In this document: positions 49,987 to 59,600 of the stretch, piece after piece
Layout of the letters: every line of letters starts with the position of its first letter
Position numbering within the stretch: the stretch's first letter is position 1
IMG/VR virus record: IMGVR_UViG_3300014038_000199
Direction: 5' to 3' (one strand)
Length of the DNA: 64,000 bases
Source: a virus
Taxonomy: Duplodnaviria; Heunggongvirae; Uroviricota; Caudoviricetes
The notes under the pieces: generated by a model
Databases searched by the model: none
What the model saw: the letters and a program-made list of their open reading frames with translations, nothing else
Told to the model about the DNA's origin: nothing
Program-made: the position numbers and the translations under genes

Positions 49987-51153
49987 GTGAATAAAAAGCA
50001 TTTAATTTTATTAGGGTTGTTAAGTTTATCAGTAACTGGATGTAAATCCAAGGTAATGACAATAGAAGATTTAGCAAGTCCATCAGATGTAATTGAAACA
50101 ACTTCTTCAATTAAAGAAACTGTAAATAATAAAGAAACAAAGCAAGATATTGATGACTTTTTAGGAAAGTTTGATAAAAGAACTGTATCAACTGATAAAG
50201 TAGAAGTTGTTAAAATAACAGACCAAGGAAGAATAGCAGAACTTGCTGATTATATGAAGCAAAGTTTGAATAAGAGTTATACATCTATAGAGTACAGGAA
50301 CAGAACAGTTTATGATATAGTTGTAGGCAAACCTGAAAAAGCTAAAAGGGTAGTAGGAGAGGAGGCAGGTCAACTTATAGAAGAGGAATATGAAACAGGT
50401 AATATAATTTATGAGAGGTTTATGGGCGATAATACAGCTGATATAACCAGAAATAATAAGTATTATCACAGTTTATATGTAAATGATAAAACAAGTTTCG
50501 GCTATAATACAATAGATGTAAGAGATACTTACCTTATAGATAACGGAGAAAAGACTCTATCTTACAGTAAGTTATATGATTATAACAGAGATTTTCCAGA
50601 TAAAATCTCTTATAAAGCTTACATAGTAGATAGAAACCTTGAGTCAGAGAATATAAGCTTTGCATATATGTCTGTTTTAGGTAATGGAGAGGAATTTGAG
50701 GTAGCTGAGGAAGTTGCTGATAACAATAGCTATTATACTTATAAAACTTTAATAGATTTTAACAAAGCATTAGAAATAGCTAATCTTAATAAAGACATAC
50801 TAAGATTAAGTGATATAAACGGGTATAAAACTATTATAAAGTTATATTTTGACAGAAATACTTTTGAATTAAAGAGGTCAGAGATATTTATAAAGAATAC
50901 TTTAGATAAAATTCAAAAGGATAAGAATTTAGGCTATAGTTTACAGGCTAACAGTTGCAGTAATACTGTAGATATAATATCAACTGAAAATAATACTGTA
51001 GTAGACATACCAGATGTTATATTAAACAAGTTACCACAAGATATACTTGCTAATCTTGATAGTGAGAATAAGATAAGTACAGAGTCAGGAATAGATAACG
51101 GACTTATCTTAGATGGTGATTTTACAGTTTATGGGGAAGAGAAAGAGGATTAG
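49987..51153 (+). CDS. Lipoprotein
   Basis: Lipobox VTGC after a signal peptide. Confidence 0.8.
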   Translation: MNKKHLILLGLLSLSVTGCKSKVMTIEDLASPSDVIETTSSIKETVNNKETKQDIDDFLGKFDKRTVSTDKVEVVKITDQGRIAELADYMKQSLNKSYTSIEYRNRTVYDIVVGKPEKAKRVVGEEAGQLIEEEYETGNIIYERFMGDNTADITRNNKYYHSLYVNDKTSFGYNTIDVRDTYLIDNGEKTLSYSKLYDYNRDFPDKISYKAYIVDRNLESENISFAYMSVLGNGEEFEVAEEVADNNSYYTYKTLIDFNKALEIANLNKDILRLSDINGYKTIIKLYFDRNTFELKRSEIFIKNTLDKIQKDKNLGYSLQANSCSNTVDIISTENNTVVDIPDVILNKLPQDILANLDSENKISTESGIDNGLILDGDFTVYGEEKED

Positions 51154-51158
51154 GAATA

Positions 51159-51812
51159 ATGCAAAGGGGATTTATAATAGAAATAGAGGGAATAAACGGA
51201 GCAGGTAAGACAACATTAACTAAACAACTTTATTCTGATTTGAAATTAAAGAGGTATCCTGTTGAATTAGTTAGAGAGCCTGGTGGTTCCTCCGTAGCAG
51301 AGAAAATAAGGGATATAGCAGTAGATGATAATTCAAGTGGTTTATCTGAATTAAGTGGTTTATTCCTTTATATGGCAAGTCGCTCACAGTTGATATATGA
51401 TAAAGTGGAAAAGTACTTATCGGATGGTAAAATAATTATTTATGACAGATATGAAGATAGTACAAGAGTATATCAAGGTGTTATGGCTAATCTGGGAATA
51501 ACGACTGTAGATTCAATACTAAAAACTTTTTTCAGTAAGTATAAACCTAAAGTAACAATATTGCTTGATGTAGAGCCAACTTTAGGGGTTGAAAGGGCAA
51601 ATAAAGCTGGTGTAGAGATAAATAAGTATGATAAAAAGCCATTGGAATTTTATCAAAAAGCCAGAGAGGCTTATCTAAGTATCTTTGAGGAAAGAATTAA
51701 AACAGATGAGCATTGTTATATCTTAGATTCAAACCGAGATAAAAGCATAGCATATAAGGATTTATTTCAAATAACAGAGAAAGAAATTAGGGACAGCTTA
51801 AGTGATAATTAA
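51159..51812 (+). CDS. tmk: Thymidylate kinase
   Basis: IEGINGAGKTT, REPGG, ASRSQ, DRY..S...YQG. Confidence 0.95.
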   Translation: MQRGFIIEIEGINGAGKTTLTKQLYSDLKLKRYPVELVREPGGSSVAEKIRDIAVDDNSSGLSELSGLFLYMASRSQLIYDKVEKYLSDGKIIIYDRYEDSTRVYQGVMANLGITTVDSILKTFFSKYKPKVTILLDVEPTLGVERANKAGVEINKYDKKPLEFYQKAREAYLSIFEERIKTDEHCYILDSNRDKSIAYKDLFQITEKEIRDSLSDN

Positions 51813-51918
51813 AACAAAGCCAAGAGGTGATATAAAAAATATTACTTCTTGGTATTTTTTATGTTAAAATCAATTAACTGGTGTAAGCTTTAGTTGTTTA
51901 GTGTGTGGGGAGGATAAA

Positions 51919-53685
51919 ATGATGAAAAGAATGAGTGTTATTCTATTTATATGCTTAGCGACTACAGGTTGCAGAGATGTAAGAGCAAAGCCCAATTCAA
52001 TTAATGATTTGGATATCAATAATAAAAAAGGCGAATACTTACATAACATTGATAGTAAAAGTAGATTACTTTATAAAGGGAGTGAAAATATTACTGGAGA
52101 AAATCTTGTGAGTTTTAGATACTATGATTATAATGGTGAAGCTACTACTGAACTTTTTCCTTTAAGTGGAAGTTGGAGTAAGACAGGCTTAAATTCTAAT
52201 GGAATCACTTTAGGTAACAGTACTTTTAATCTTAATTTAGATACTGATATAAAGTCAGATAAGGTTCAGCTAAGTTACATTATAGAGAATGGAGTATTTA
52301 GCTTAGTTTATTGGGGAGTAGAAGGAGCAGTAAGCTACAATATATATAAAAACGGATTTCTGTTTGCTACTGTTAATACTACAAATTTTAGTAATTTCAA
52401 CTTAGAGAATACGGATAGTTTAATAGTACAAGGTAGTGAAATAGTAGCAAAGCAAAATGATGGGTTAAGTTTATATGATAGTTTTTATGTTAAGCCTGTT
52501 TTTTCTGATGGAACTGAGGGAGAGCAAAGTAATGTTATAGATATAAAGACTGTAGCCTCTAATATACCTGTTGAATTAGCTGATGATATATTAAAGATTG
52601 GAGTTAAACTTGATAACCCGAAAGATTTACCTAGAGAAGTTAAAGTAAAATTATTAGACGGAAGTACGGGTACTTATAACATAGATTATAAACTAGATGA
52701 GGCTACCAGATTTACTGATAAAATTTATTATAAGTATTATATCAACAATACTAATTTAAGGGGTTTTGTAGAAGTTAACTTATCAAATTCTTTTAATATT
52801 CCAAGTACTATAGAAAACGGAAGTTTAGATGGTTCAGACTTAGAAAGTCTTAAATTGACTATCAAAGATAACAAAGATACTTCAACAATTAAAGTATTAG
52901 ACCTTAACAGCTACATAAAAACTGTTACTCCTAAGATATCAGATAAAAAGCAAGTTTATGAGGATATATACCAACAATTAAAGAATAGAAAAACAGAAAT
53001 AGACTTGTGGAATTATAGTTTAAGCAAAGCTGATTTTGTTGAGATAGCAGAGCAATTAGAGTTAGATTTTTATTATATTATAAACAGTATAACTTTAGAT
53101 AGAAACTCAAACAAAATATATGTAGATTATAATTCCAATGAGATACAGTCTTTTGATAGTGTTGAAACTGCTTTTAATTATGTTAATGAAAACGGATTAA
53201 TTAATGGCAAAGAAATAAGCAGTTTAATAAGTTTAAGTTTGCCTAATACAAAGTCTGTTAAAGGAATAAGGTTAGGTCAAATAAGATATTTTAATGTTGT
53301 AAAATCAGGTGAAAGCTATTATAATATTGATTTCAGCAAAAGTAACAGAGAAATGTTTATGTGTAGTGATGAGCAAATGTCAGAAATGGGGTATACAAAA
53401 AATACTAATTTCCTGACTTGCAGTTGTACTGATAATGAGCAAGAGTACTATAAAGCTAATGGCAGATTTGCTACTGGAATTGATGAGTATAAAGAGATAC
53501 TTAAAAGAGAGATATCAAACGGTTCTTATGATATAAGAGTAAAATATATTGGAGAGGATATAACTTCAAGTCAAGTCATAGATATTATAAGTTCAGTATT
53601 TGATGAGTTAAATAAAAGGGATTTATTAAGTAGAGTGAGATTTGCAGATAGTAATAAGATATATACTATACGAATAGGTGAATAA
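51919..53685 (+). CDS. Exported/lipoprotein with FN3/Ig-like segments and a degenerate transglutaminase-like tail
   Basis: Lipobox-like ATTGC, W.GVEGAVSYNIY, LP..V.V...DG, YFNVVK..ESYYNID. Confidence 0.65.
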   Translation: MMKRMSVILFICLATTGCRDVRAKPNSINDLDINNKKGEYLHNIDSKSRLLYKGSENITGENLVSFRYYDYNGEATTELFPLSGSWSKTGLNSNGITLGNSTFNLNLDTDIKSDKVQLSYIIENGVFSLVYWGVEGAVSYNIYKNGFLFATVNTTNFSNFNLENTDSLIVQGSEIVAKQNDGLSLYDSFYVKPVFSDGTEGEQSNVIDIKTVASNIPVELADDILKIGVKLDNPKDLPREVKVKLLDGSTGTYNIDYKLDEATRFTDKIYYKYYINNTNLRGFVEVNLSNSFNIPSTIENGSLDGSDLESLKLTIKDNKDTSTIKVLDLNSYIKTVTPKISDKKQVYEDIYQQLKNRKTEIDLWNYSLSKADFVEIAEQLELDFYYIINSITLDRNSNKIYVDYNSNEIQSFDSVETAFNYVNENGLINGKEISSLISLSLPNTKSVKGIRLGQIRYFNVVKSGESYYNIDFSKSNREMFMCSDEQMSEMGYTKNTNFLTCSCTDNEQEYYKANGRFATGIDEYKEILKREISNGSYDIRVKYIGEDITSSQVIDIISSVFDELNKRDLLSRVRFADSNKIYTIRIGE

Positions 53686-53699
53686 TGGAGGTATAAGCA

Positions 53700-54746
53700 T
53701 TGTTTTTAAGATATAAGATAGGTTTATTTGGAGTAGCAACTGTAAGCTTAATTGCTATGGGTAATAAAGCTTATGCAGATGAGAGATTTAATAGTACTAT
53801 AGAATTTTCAGAAAAATCAGAGTATTTCTCTAAGGCAACTCCTCTAGGAGAAAATGAAGCTGGTGAGGTTGAGGAAGTTAAGATAGATATAAGAGAAGAG
53901 CCTAATCCAGAGTCAAAGGTAATAGCTACTGCTGTTACGGGAGATAGCATAGATATTATAAGAAAAGATGATTTATGGTTAGAGGTTAAAGTTAACGAAC
54001 ATATAGGTTGGGTAGAATCTGGCGATGTGGTAAGTGGAATTGATATGGAGGCTTATATATTAAAATACGGTACTTTATTTGACAGAACTGGTTTAGTAAT
54101 AGACCCTGATACAGAGTTATTAAACCCAGAAAGTACGGAGCAAGTAGTAGCCTTACTTAAAGAAAATCAAAAAGTAACTATCATAAGCGAGAGTGAAGAT
54201 TATTTATATGTTAAAGCAGCAGGTAAGTATGGTAATATTCTTAAGGATAAGGTTAAGGCAAATGAGATAGAGTTTGGAACTCCTCAAGAAGTTAAGGAAA
54301 TACCACCTATGATACCTTATGTTCCAAAGAACATAGACCCTAATACAACAAACGGGTATACTTCAATAAATGAAACAGAGCAAAGAAAGGCACTTTGTAA
54401 TTATGCTATTCAGTGGATAGGCAGACCTTATGTTTATGGGGGAACTTCCTTAGAAACTGGTATAGACTGTTCAGCTTTCGTGCAAAATGTTTATAGGCAA
54501 ATAGGAATAGGACTTCCAAGGGTAAGCTCAGACCAAGCTAATGTTGGAGTAGACATTGATATAAGTGAGATAAGACCTGGTGATTTGTTATTCTATTATG
54601 ATAGTGGATTACAAAGAATAGGTCATGTAACAATGTATATGGGAAACAATACTGTTATCCATGCTTCTAATGCTAGACTTGGTGTTATAGTTTCTGATGC
54701 TGGTTACAGACCGCCTGTAAGAGTAAAAAGGATTTTAGGGGATTAG
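53700..54746 (+). CDS. SH3b + NlpC/P60 peptidoglycan endopeptidase
   Basis: Signal peptide, IREEP...W..V...GWV (SH3b), YVYGG...DCSAFV...PGDL...HV.MY...IHAS. Confidence 0.92.
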   Translation: MFLRYKIGLFGVATVSLIAMGNKAYADERFNSTIEFSEKSEYFSKATPLGENEAGEVEEVKIDIREEPNPESKVIATAVTGDSIDIIRKDDLWLEVKVNEHIGWVESGDVVSGIDMEAYILKYGTLFDRTGLVIDPDTELLNPESTEQVVALLKENQKVTIISESEDYLYVKAAGKYGNILKDKVKANEIEFGTPQEVKEIPPMIPYVPKNIDPNTTNGYTSINETEQRKALCNYAIQWIGRPYVYGGTSLETGIDCSAFVQNVYRQIGIGLPRVSSDQANVGVDIDISEIRPGDLLFYYDSGLQRIGHVTMYMGNNTVIHASNARLGVIVSDAGYRPPVRVKRILGD

Positions 54747-54809
54747 CCTTATTGAGTATTCTTAGTTTTTACATAGTTTATTTATATTATAATTATGGAG
54801 GTAAAGCTT

Positions 54810-54995
54810 ATGCTGGATAAATTCATAGAACATAAAAAATATTTTAGAAAACAGTATAGAGGTGCTAAGGCTGTAGATTGTACTTGTAGAAACCATGGTT
54901 CTTGTATATATTGTTATTCTACAAGAATGTATAGAGCCAAAAAAGAAATGGCAAAAGCAGAGTTAAAAATTAAAGAGTACTTAGAAGAGAGGTAA
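54810..54995 (+). CDS. Small basic Cys/His protein (phage-type)
   Basis: RKQYRGAKAVDCTCRNHGSCIYC. GGAGG RBS. Confidence 0.7.
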   Translation: MLDKFIEHKKYFRKQYRGAKAVDCTCRNHGSCIYCYSTRMYRAKKEMAKAELKIKEYLEER

Positions 54996-55000
54996 TTTTT

Positions 55001-55423
55001 ATGGAGTACATACACTATGGGAGTGATAAATTTGATATAAATAAATTCAAACCAATAGAGAATATAAGATTTTTCAATAAGCCAAGAGGTGGTTTATGGG
55101 GCTGTGAAAGTACTTCTAAGTTTAGTTGGAAAGATTTTGCCAAGTCTGAAATGGATACGGAGATAAGTACTTATTTTAAGTTCAGAATAAGGGGTAATGC
55201 AAGAGTTTTGAAATTACATACCCAAGAGGATTTTAATAAATTTCATTCTATTTATAAGTCAAGTGGAGATACTCCTCTTAAAATGCTTGTGGAATATGAT
55301 TTTGAGAGAGTAGCTAAAGATTATGACTTTATAGATTTTAAGGTCAAAGAATTGTATTATCAGTTATACGGTTGGGATTTGGATAGCGTGCTTGTGTTAA
55401 ATCCTAATGTAATTATAATTTAA
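55001..55423 (+). CDS. Hypothetical protein (HYG...KP.GGLW...GWD motif)
   Basis: 140-aa ORF with GAGG RBS. Confidence 0.7.
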   Translation: MEYIHYGSDKFDINKFKPIENIRFFNKPRGGLWGCESTSKFSWKDFAKSEMDTEISTYFKFRIRGNARVLKLHTQEDFNKFHSIYKSSGDTPLKMLVEYDFERVAKDYDFIDFKVKELYYQLYGWDLDSVLVLNPNVIII

Positions 55424-55441
55424 CAAATGCTTTTGTTCAAG

Positions 55442-55482
55442 AAAACAACTTTTATACATTTAGAGTGTATAAAAGTTGTTTT
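55442..55482. repeat. Perfect 17-bp inverted repeat (terminator or operator) upstream of the radical SAM operon
   Basis: AAAACAACTTTTATACA-TTTAGAG-TGTATAAAAGTTGTTTT. Confidence 0.8.
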
Positions 55483-55500
55483 TCAAATTAAGGAGACATA

Positions 55501-56712
55501 ATGCAAAGAGATAAGTTTATAGGGTATTTTCAAAATATACCTGTTTCAATAAATAATTTATATGGAGACCCTTTCTTTTGTAATCAAGTTGAAAATACAT
55601 TTGAAAAATTAGATAAGTTAAGAGAGTCAAAGCATACTGGAATAGTGTCAATCATTACTAAAACTGAAATAAATACTGATATAGCTTTACGATTGTCTGA
55701 ATATACTAAAGACTTAAATTTAGTTGTCTTAGTATCTATATCAGAATTACCAAAAAGCATAGAGAATATAGAGGGTAACAGATATAAAACTTTAGGTTTA
55801 TGTGAAAAATACAATATACACAATATACCTTATATAAGACCTTTTATACCCAATGAAAATACTGATAAAGCAACTATAAGTAATATGTTTTCTAAGATAA
55901 TCGAGCAATATTCAAGTGATAAGCAAATATCAGTTATTATATCTGGTTTAAGGGGCAATGATGACATATTAAAAAAGTTAAATCAGACTGAAGAAGAATT
56001 AAGGCAGTGGAGTATGCGAGTAAAAACAATGCCAAAAGCTGTAAAAACATATATTTATGATATTTGCAAAGAAAATAATATAAATGTTTTTGAAAGGACA
56101 GCTTGCGGAGTAAGTTATGTTTTAGGTTTTGATAAGACATATAATCCTTATTATTCCTCTCTTAAGTTAGCAAATTGTAATAACTGTCCAATGAAAAGTA
56201 CTTGCTATGACTTACAGGATAGTTTTATACCAACTAATGATGATTTGGAATTAGTGCAATTTTTGGGATATACTGCTAAGATTGTAAGTAGAAACTCAGA
56301 CAAAAGCAATTATATTTGTACTGTAGAGCCTGATAATCGTAAGGAGTGTATAAGTTGTTGTACTTCTTGTTTTAAGCTTCAAAGGGATAGTATAGAACTT
56401 GAATATTTTGATGGGGTATGTTTAGGTGATTTAAGTTTACTTAGGTTATTAACTAAGAAATTGGTATTTTGTAAAGGTATCATAGATAATGGAGATAGCG
56501 ATATAGCAAAACCAAAAGGTAAGACTTTGATAGATAACAATGTTTATGTGTTAAACTCTTGGTATTCCTTATCTAAAAACACAGGTTCTTGTTATGGTTG
56601 TAGTTATTGCATAGTACCACATTATAAAAATCAAAATAAAGAATATGGTGAAATACCTTTTGATTTGGCTAAAAGACTGTATGTTGAATTGGAGGCAAAA
56701 AATAATGAGTAG
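55501..56712 (+). CDS. Radical SAM-like Fe-S protein, apparently circularly permuted
   Basis: Starts at YGDPF, followed by IITK, VLVSIS and IRPFIP (SPL-like barrel motifs). Cys triad SCYGCSYC is near the C-terminus. Extra Cys clusters CNNCPMKSTC and CISCCTSC. Confidence 0.65.
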   Translation: MQRDKFIGYFQNIPVSINNLYGDPFFCNQVENTFEKLDKLRESKHTGIVSIITKTEINTDIALRLSEYTKDLNLVVLVSISELPKSIENIEGNRYKTLGLCEKYNIHNIPYIRPFIPNENTDKATISNMFSKIIEQYSSDKQISVIISGLRGNDDILKKLNQTEEELRQWSMRVKTMPKAVKTYIYDICKENNINVFERTACGVSYVLGFDKTYNPYYSSLKLANCNNCPMKSTCYDLQDSFIPTNDDLELVQFLGYTAKIVSRNSDKSNYICTVEPDNRKECISCCTSCFKLQRDSIELEYFDGVCLGDLSLLRLLTKKLVFCKGIIDNGDSDIAKPKGKTLIDNNVYVLNSWYSLSKNTGSCYGCSYCIVPHYKNQNKEYGEIPFDLAKRLYVELEAKNNE

Positions 56713-57565
56713 TTTGCTTTGTCCTGTTGATTGTAAGTACTGTATGGCTAGTAAGATAGACCAGAGAAGCAAGTATTGGAATAGTGGTAACAGAATAGGA
56801 ATAAATAAGACTTGTATCTTTATAAACAGGTTAGTTACTGATAAGCCACTAAAGGATAGTGACATAGACTTTTCAATCTTAGAGGGAGATGCTGTAGGTT
56901 TTCAAGGCATTACTGATTGTTTTTGGAATGTGTTTTATGATGATTTAAGATTTTTAGTAGATAACCTAGATAATTTTAAGATTAAAAAGTTGGTATTAAC
57001 AACTAAAATACCTGTAACTGATAAAATTTTAGAATTAATTAGGGATAAGCGTGTTTTAGTAATTTATTCATTGACTGGACTTGATTCTTTAGAGAAAACA
57101 ACTACCAAAAGCAGATTGGACTCTATGAAAAAATTAATTGCTAATGATATAGATACTTTTCCTATAATACATCCTTATATACATGGAGCGTCTGACATAT
57201 CTTTTTTAAGTGAACTTAGTGATTTAGGTATAAAACAGATATCATTTAAGGGGTTCAGATATAATAAAACTAATATGAGTGATTTAAGTCATTGTATACC
57301 TGCTGATGTTTTGGATAAGTATGATAACAATGAAGAAGAAACACTTATAGGTGGTGAGTACTTAATGTCTGAACTTGCAAAGCATAATTTAGAATATATT
57401 GACTTAAAAGAGTATGTATATAACTCATTGGACAGTATTTACAGTTTAGATAGAGATATTGTTATAAATAAAGTAAAGCATATATTGGATACTGTTGTAG
57501 TATCCAGTTCAGAAAAGAACAGAGATAGTTTATTAGATTACATCGTAAAGAGGAGGTGCAAATAA
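56705..57565 (+). CDS. Radical SAM protein (spore-photoproduct-lyase-like fold)
   Basis: Start refined to ATG at 56705 after GGAGG. CPVDCKYC, TDCF, LTTK, YSLTG...LE, IHPYI. Confidence 0.8.
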   Translation: MSSLLCPVDCKYCMASKIDQRSKYWNSGNRIGINKTCIFINRLVTDKPLKDSDIDFSILEGDAVGFQGITDCFWNVFYDDLRFLVDNLDNFKIKKLVLTTKIPVTDKILELIRDKRVLVIYSLTGLDSLEKTTTKSRLDSMKKLIANDIDTFPIIHPYIHGASDISFLSELSDLGIKQISFKGFRYNKTNMSDLSHCIPADVLDKYDNNEEETLIGGEYLMSELAKHNLEYIDLKEYVYNSLDSIYSLDRDIVINKVKHILDTVVVSSSEKNRDSLLDYIVKRRCK

Positions 57566-58818
57566 TGAAAGATTTATTTTATGGTTATGATAGCAGAAAT
57601 GTTTATTTGGATAATGCCGCAAGTACACTATGCCTTAAGTCTGTAAAAGATAAAGCAGATAAATTTTTATTGACTTATGGCTCAGTGCATAGAGGATATG
57701 GAGAAAACTCTCTTAAATCTACTAATAGTTATGAAAGTGCAAGAGATTTTATTTTAGAGAAGTTAAATGGAGATAAGAATAAGCATACATTAGTTTTTAC
57801 TGCTAACACGACTGATAGCATAAACAAGCTTACTCACTTGTTTAACTGGGAAAAAGATGATGTGGTTTTAGTAAGTGATATAGAGCATAGTTCAAATTAT
57901 CTTCCGTATATTAAGTCAGCTAAAGTCGAAACAATAAAGGCAAGAAATTTTATTATAAGACCTGATGATGTTGAGAGGGCAATTTTAGAAAATAAGAATG
58001 TACGCTGTGTTTCACTTGCAGCTGCAAGTAACATTACAGGTTATGTTATAGACATTAAAAAGATATATGAGATATGCAAGAAACATTCTGTGCTATTTTT
58101 ATTAGATGCTTCTCAATATGCTCCACATTTTAAGCTTAATATAAATGATTGTGATGTGCTATTTTATTGTGGACATAAGATGTATGCACCTTTTGGTTCT
58201 GGTATATTAGCAGGTAGAAAAGACATTTTAGAGTCTTATACTGATATATCGTTTACTGGAGGTGGAAATATTTTATATGCAAACAAGGATAAAATAATCT
58301 ATAAAGAGGCTCCTTATTTACATGAGATAGGAACTCCGAATGCGGTAGGTGCTGTTACAATAGCAGAGGCTCATAGGGTTTTATATGATGATATAGGTAT
58401 TGAAACTTTAGAAAGGCATAATAAAGCACTTGTTAAAGAAATAGATAAAAGTAGAGCGAGATTAATGAATTACGGATATAATGTTTATTTCAATGATGAT
58501 TGTGATACAAGCTTAAGAACTCCAATACTTGTAATAGATAATACTAGAATGTCCAATAAACAAACTTGTGAATTTTTGAATGATGACAGATTAGCAACTG
58601 GTTTTGATTTTAATGTCTTTGTAAGAGAGGGAGCGTTTTGCGTTTATAAGATATTAGAGTCTATAAAACCAGAACTAATTAATCAAGAGCCTATAATAAA
58701 TGGGGAGTTAAACCCTGATTATTCTTTAATAAGATTATCAGCAGGTTTAATAAATGATAGACTTGATATAGAAAGAGCGGTAGATAAGTTGTGTTATATA
58801 AATGATGTTTTCAGTTAG
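57565..58818 (+). CDS. PLP-dependent class V aminotransferase, SufS/CsdA-type cysteine desulfurase
   Basis: YLDNAAST, VHRG, EHSSN, ASNITG, DASQ, GHKMYAP.G.G, GTPN and VREGAFC (position of the SufS catalytic Cys). TAATG coupling to the upstream gene. Confidence 0.88.
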   Translation: MKDLFYGYDSRNVYLDNAASTLCLKSVKDKADKFLLTYGSVHRGYGENSLKSTNSYESARDFILEKLNGDKNKHTLVFTANTTDSINKLTHLFNWEKDDVVLVSDIEHSSNYLPYIKSAKVETIKARNFIIRPDDVERAILENKNVRCVSLAAASNITGYVIDIKKIYEICKKHSVLFLLDASQYAPHFKLNINDCDVLFYCGHKMYAPFGSGILAGRKDILESYTDISFTGGGNILYANKDKIIYKEAPYLHEIGTPNAVGAVTIAEAHRVLYDDIGIETLERHNKALVKEIDKSRARLMNYGYNVYFNDDCDTSLRTPILVIDNTRMSNKQTCEFLNDDRLATGFDFNVFVREGAFCVYKILESIKPELINQEPIINGELNPDYSLIRLSAGLINDRLDIERAVDKLCYINDVFS

Positions 58819-58941
58819 GGGATATTAAGAAGAGCATTTTAAGATTTTATGTATATTTTGTGTCTTTGTAGGTTTTAGGTTAGAGGGATAGTTTATGGGG
58901 TTAAAATAGGGTACTAAAATAAATTTTTAGCTAAAATTTAC

Positions 58942-59092
58942 TTTTTAGCCTTTTTGAAAACGCTATGCAGTAAGGAGTTTTTGAGAAAGGCTTTCAAGTG
59001 AAAAAATAGGGGGTTTAGTATTAATTATTGAGTTGATTTTATTTTTTAGCCTTTTATAAAACGCTATGCAGTAAGGTATTTTAGAAAAGCCT
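58942..59092. repeat. Two ~50-bp direct repeats, period 101 bp
   Basis: TTTTTAGCCTTTT..AAAACGCTATGCAGTAAGG..TTTT.GA.AA.G(G/C)CT occurs twice; cores at 58957-58975 and 59058-59076. Confidence 0.85.
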
Positions 59093-59211
59093 AGATTTTA
59101 ATATATTTTAATACCTATATTAAAATTTTAAGTATGCATTTTTATTAAAATATGACTTGTAAATAGTTATATTAAAAGTATAAAATAAAGAAAGGATTAA
59201 GAGAACTTTTA

Positions 59212-59428
59212 ATGTTATGTAAAGCAAAGATTAATTTTTTTTAAGACTAGCGGAAAATGGTATGATACTGATGAGTACAGTTTTCCAAGGGATATCTCAC
59301 GGGATAAACTTTATGATAATATAAAAGAACATTATAAAAATAAGTATAAGGATATGCACTTAGTAGTTACTAACTTTGGTGCTTATGATTTAGATTTTCC
59401 TATGATGATACCAGCAGAGTTTAGATAG
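59212..59428 (+). pseudogene. Small protein frameshifted in a T8 tract (59235-59242)
   Basis: Removing one T gives MLCKAKINFFKTSGKWYDTDEY...PMMIPAEFR*. Confidence 0.6.
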
Positions 59429-59533
59429 TAGCCTTTATTTTAATTTATAACTTTATAGAAAATAAATGCTAAGTTAAAGTTTTTATATTAATGATATGAT
59501 TGTAAATTTTATTATGAAAATTTATAAAAATAG

Positions 59534-59562
59534 TTGACAAGTATAAGTTTATTTGTTATAAT
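59534..59562 (+). promoter_or_regulatory. Consensus sigmaA promoter driving the RNA array
   Basis: TTGACA-17 nt-TATAAT with extended -10 TG and an AT-rich upstream region. Confidence 0.88.
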
Positions 59563-59600
59563 ATAAGAGTAGTTTTCAATAAATAAGTTTCTTTCGTTTA

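Noticed and set aside
55501..58818. Dnd/Ssp phosphorothioation system
   Set aside because: A desulfurase is present, but no PAPS-reductase-like (DndC/SspD) or DndD-like ATPase is adjacent.
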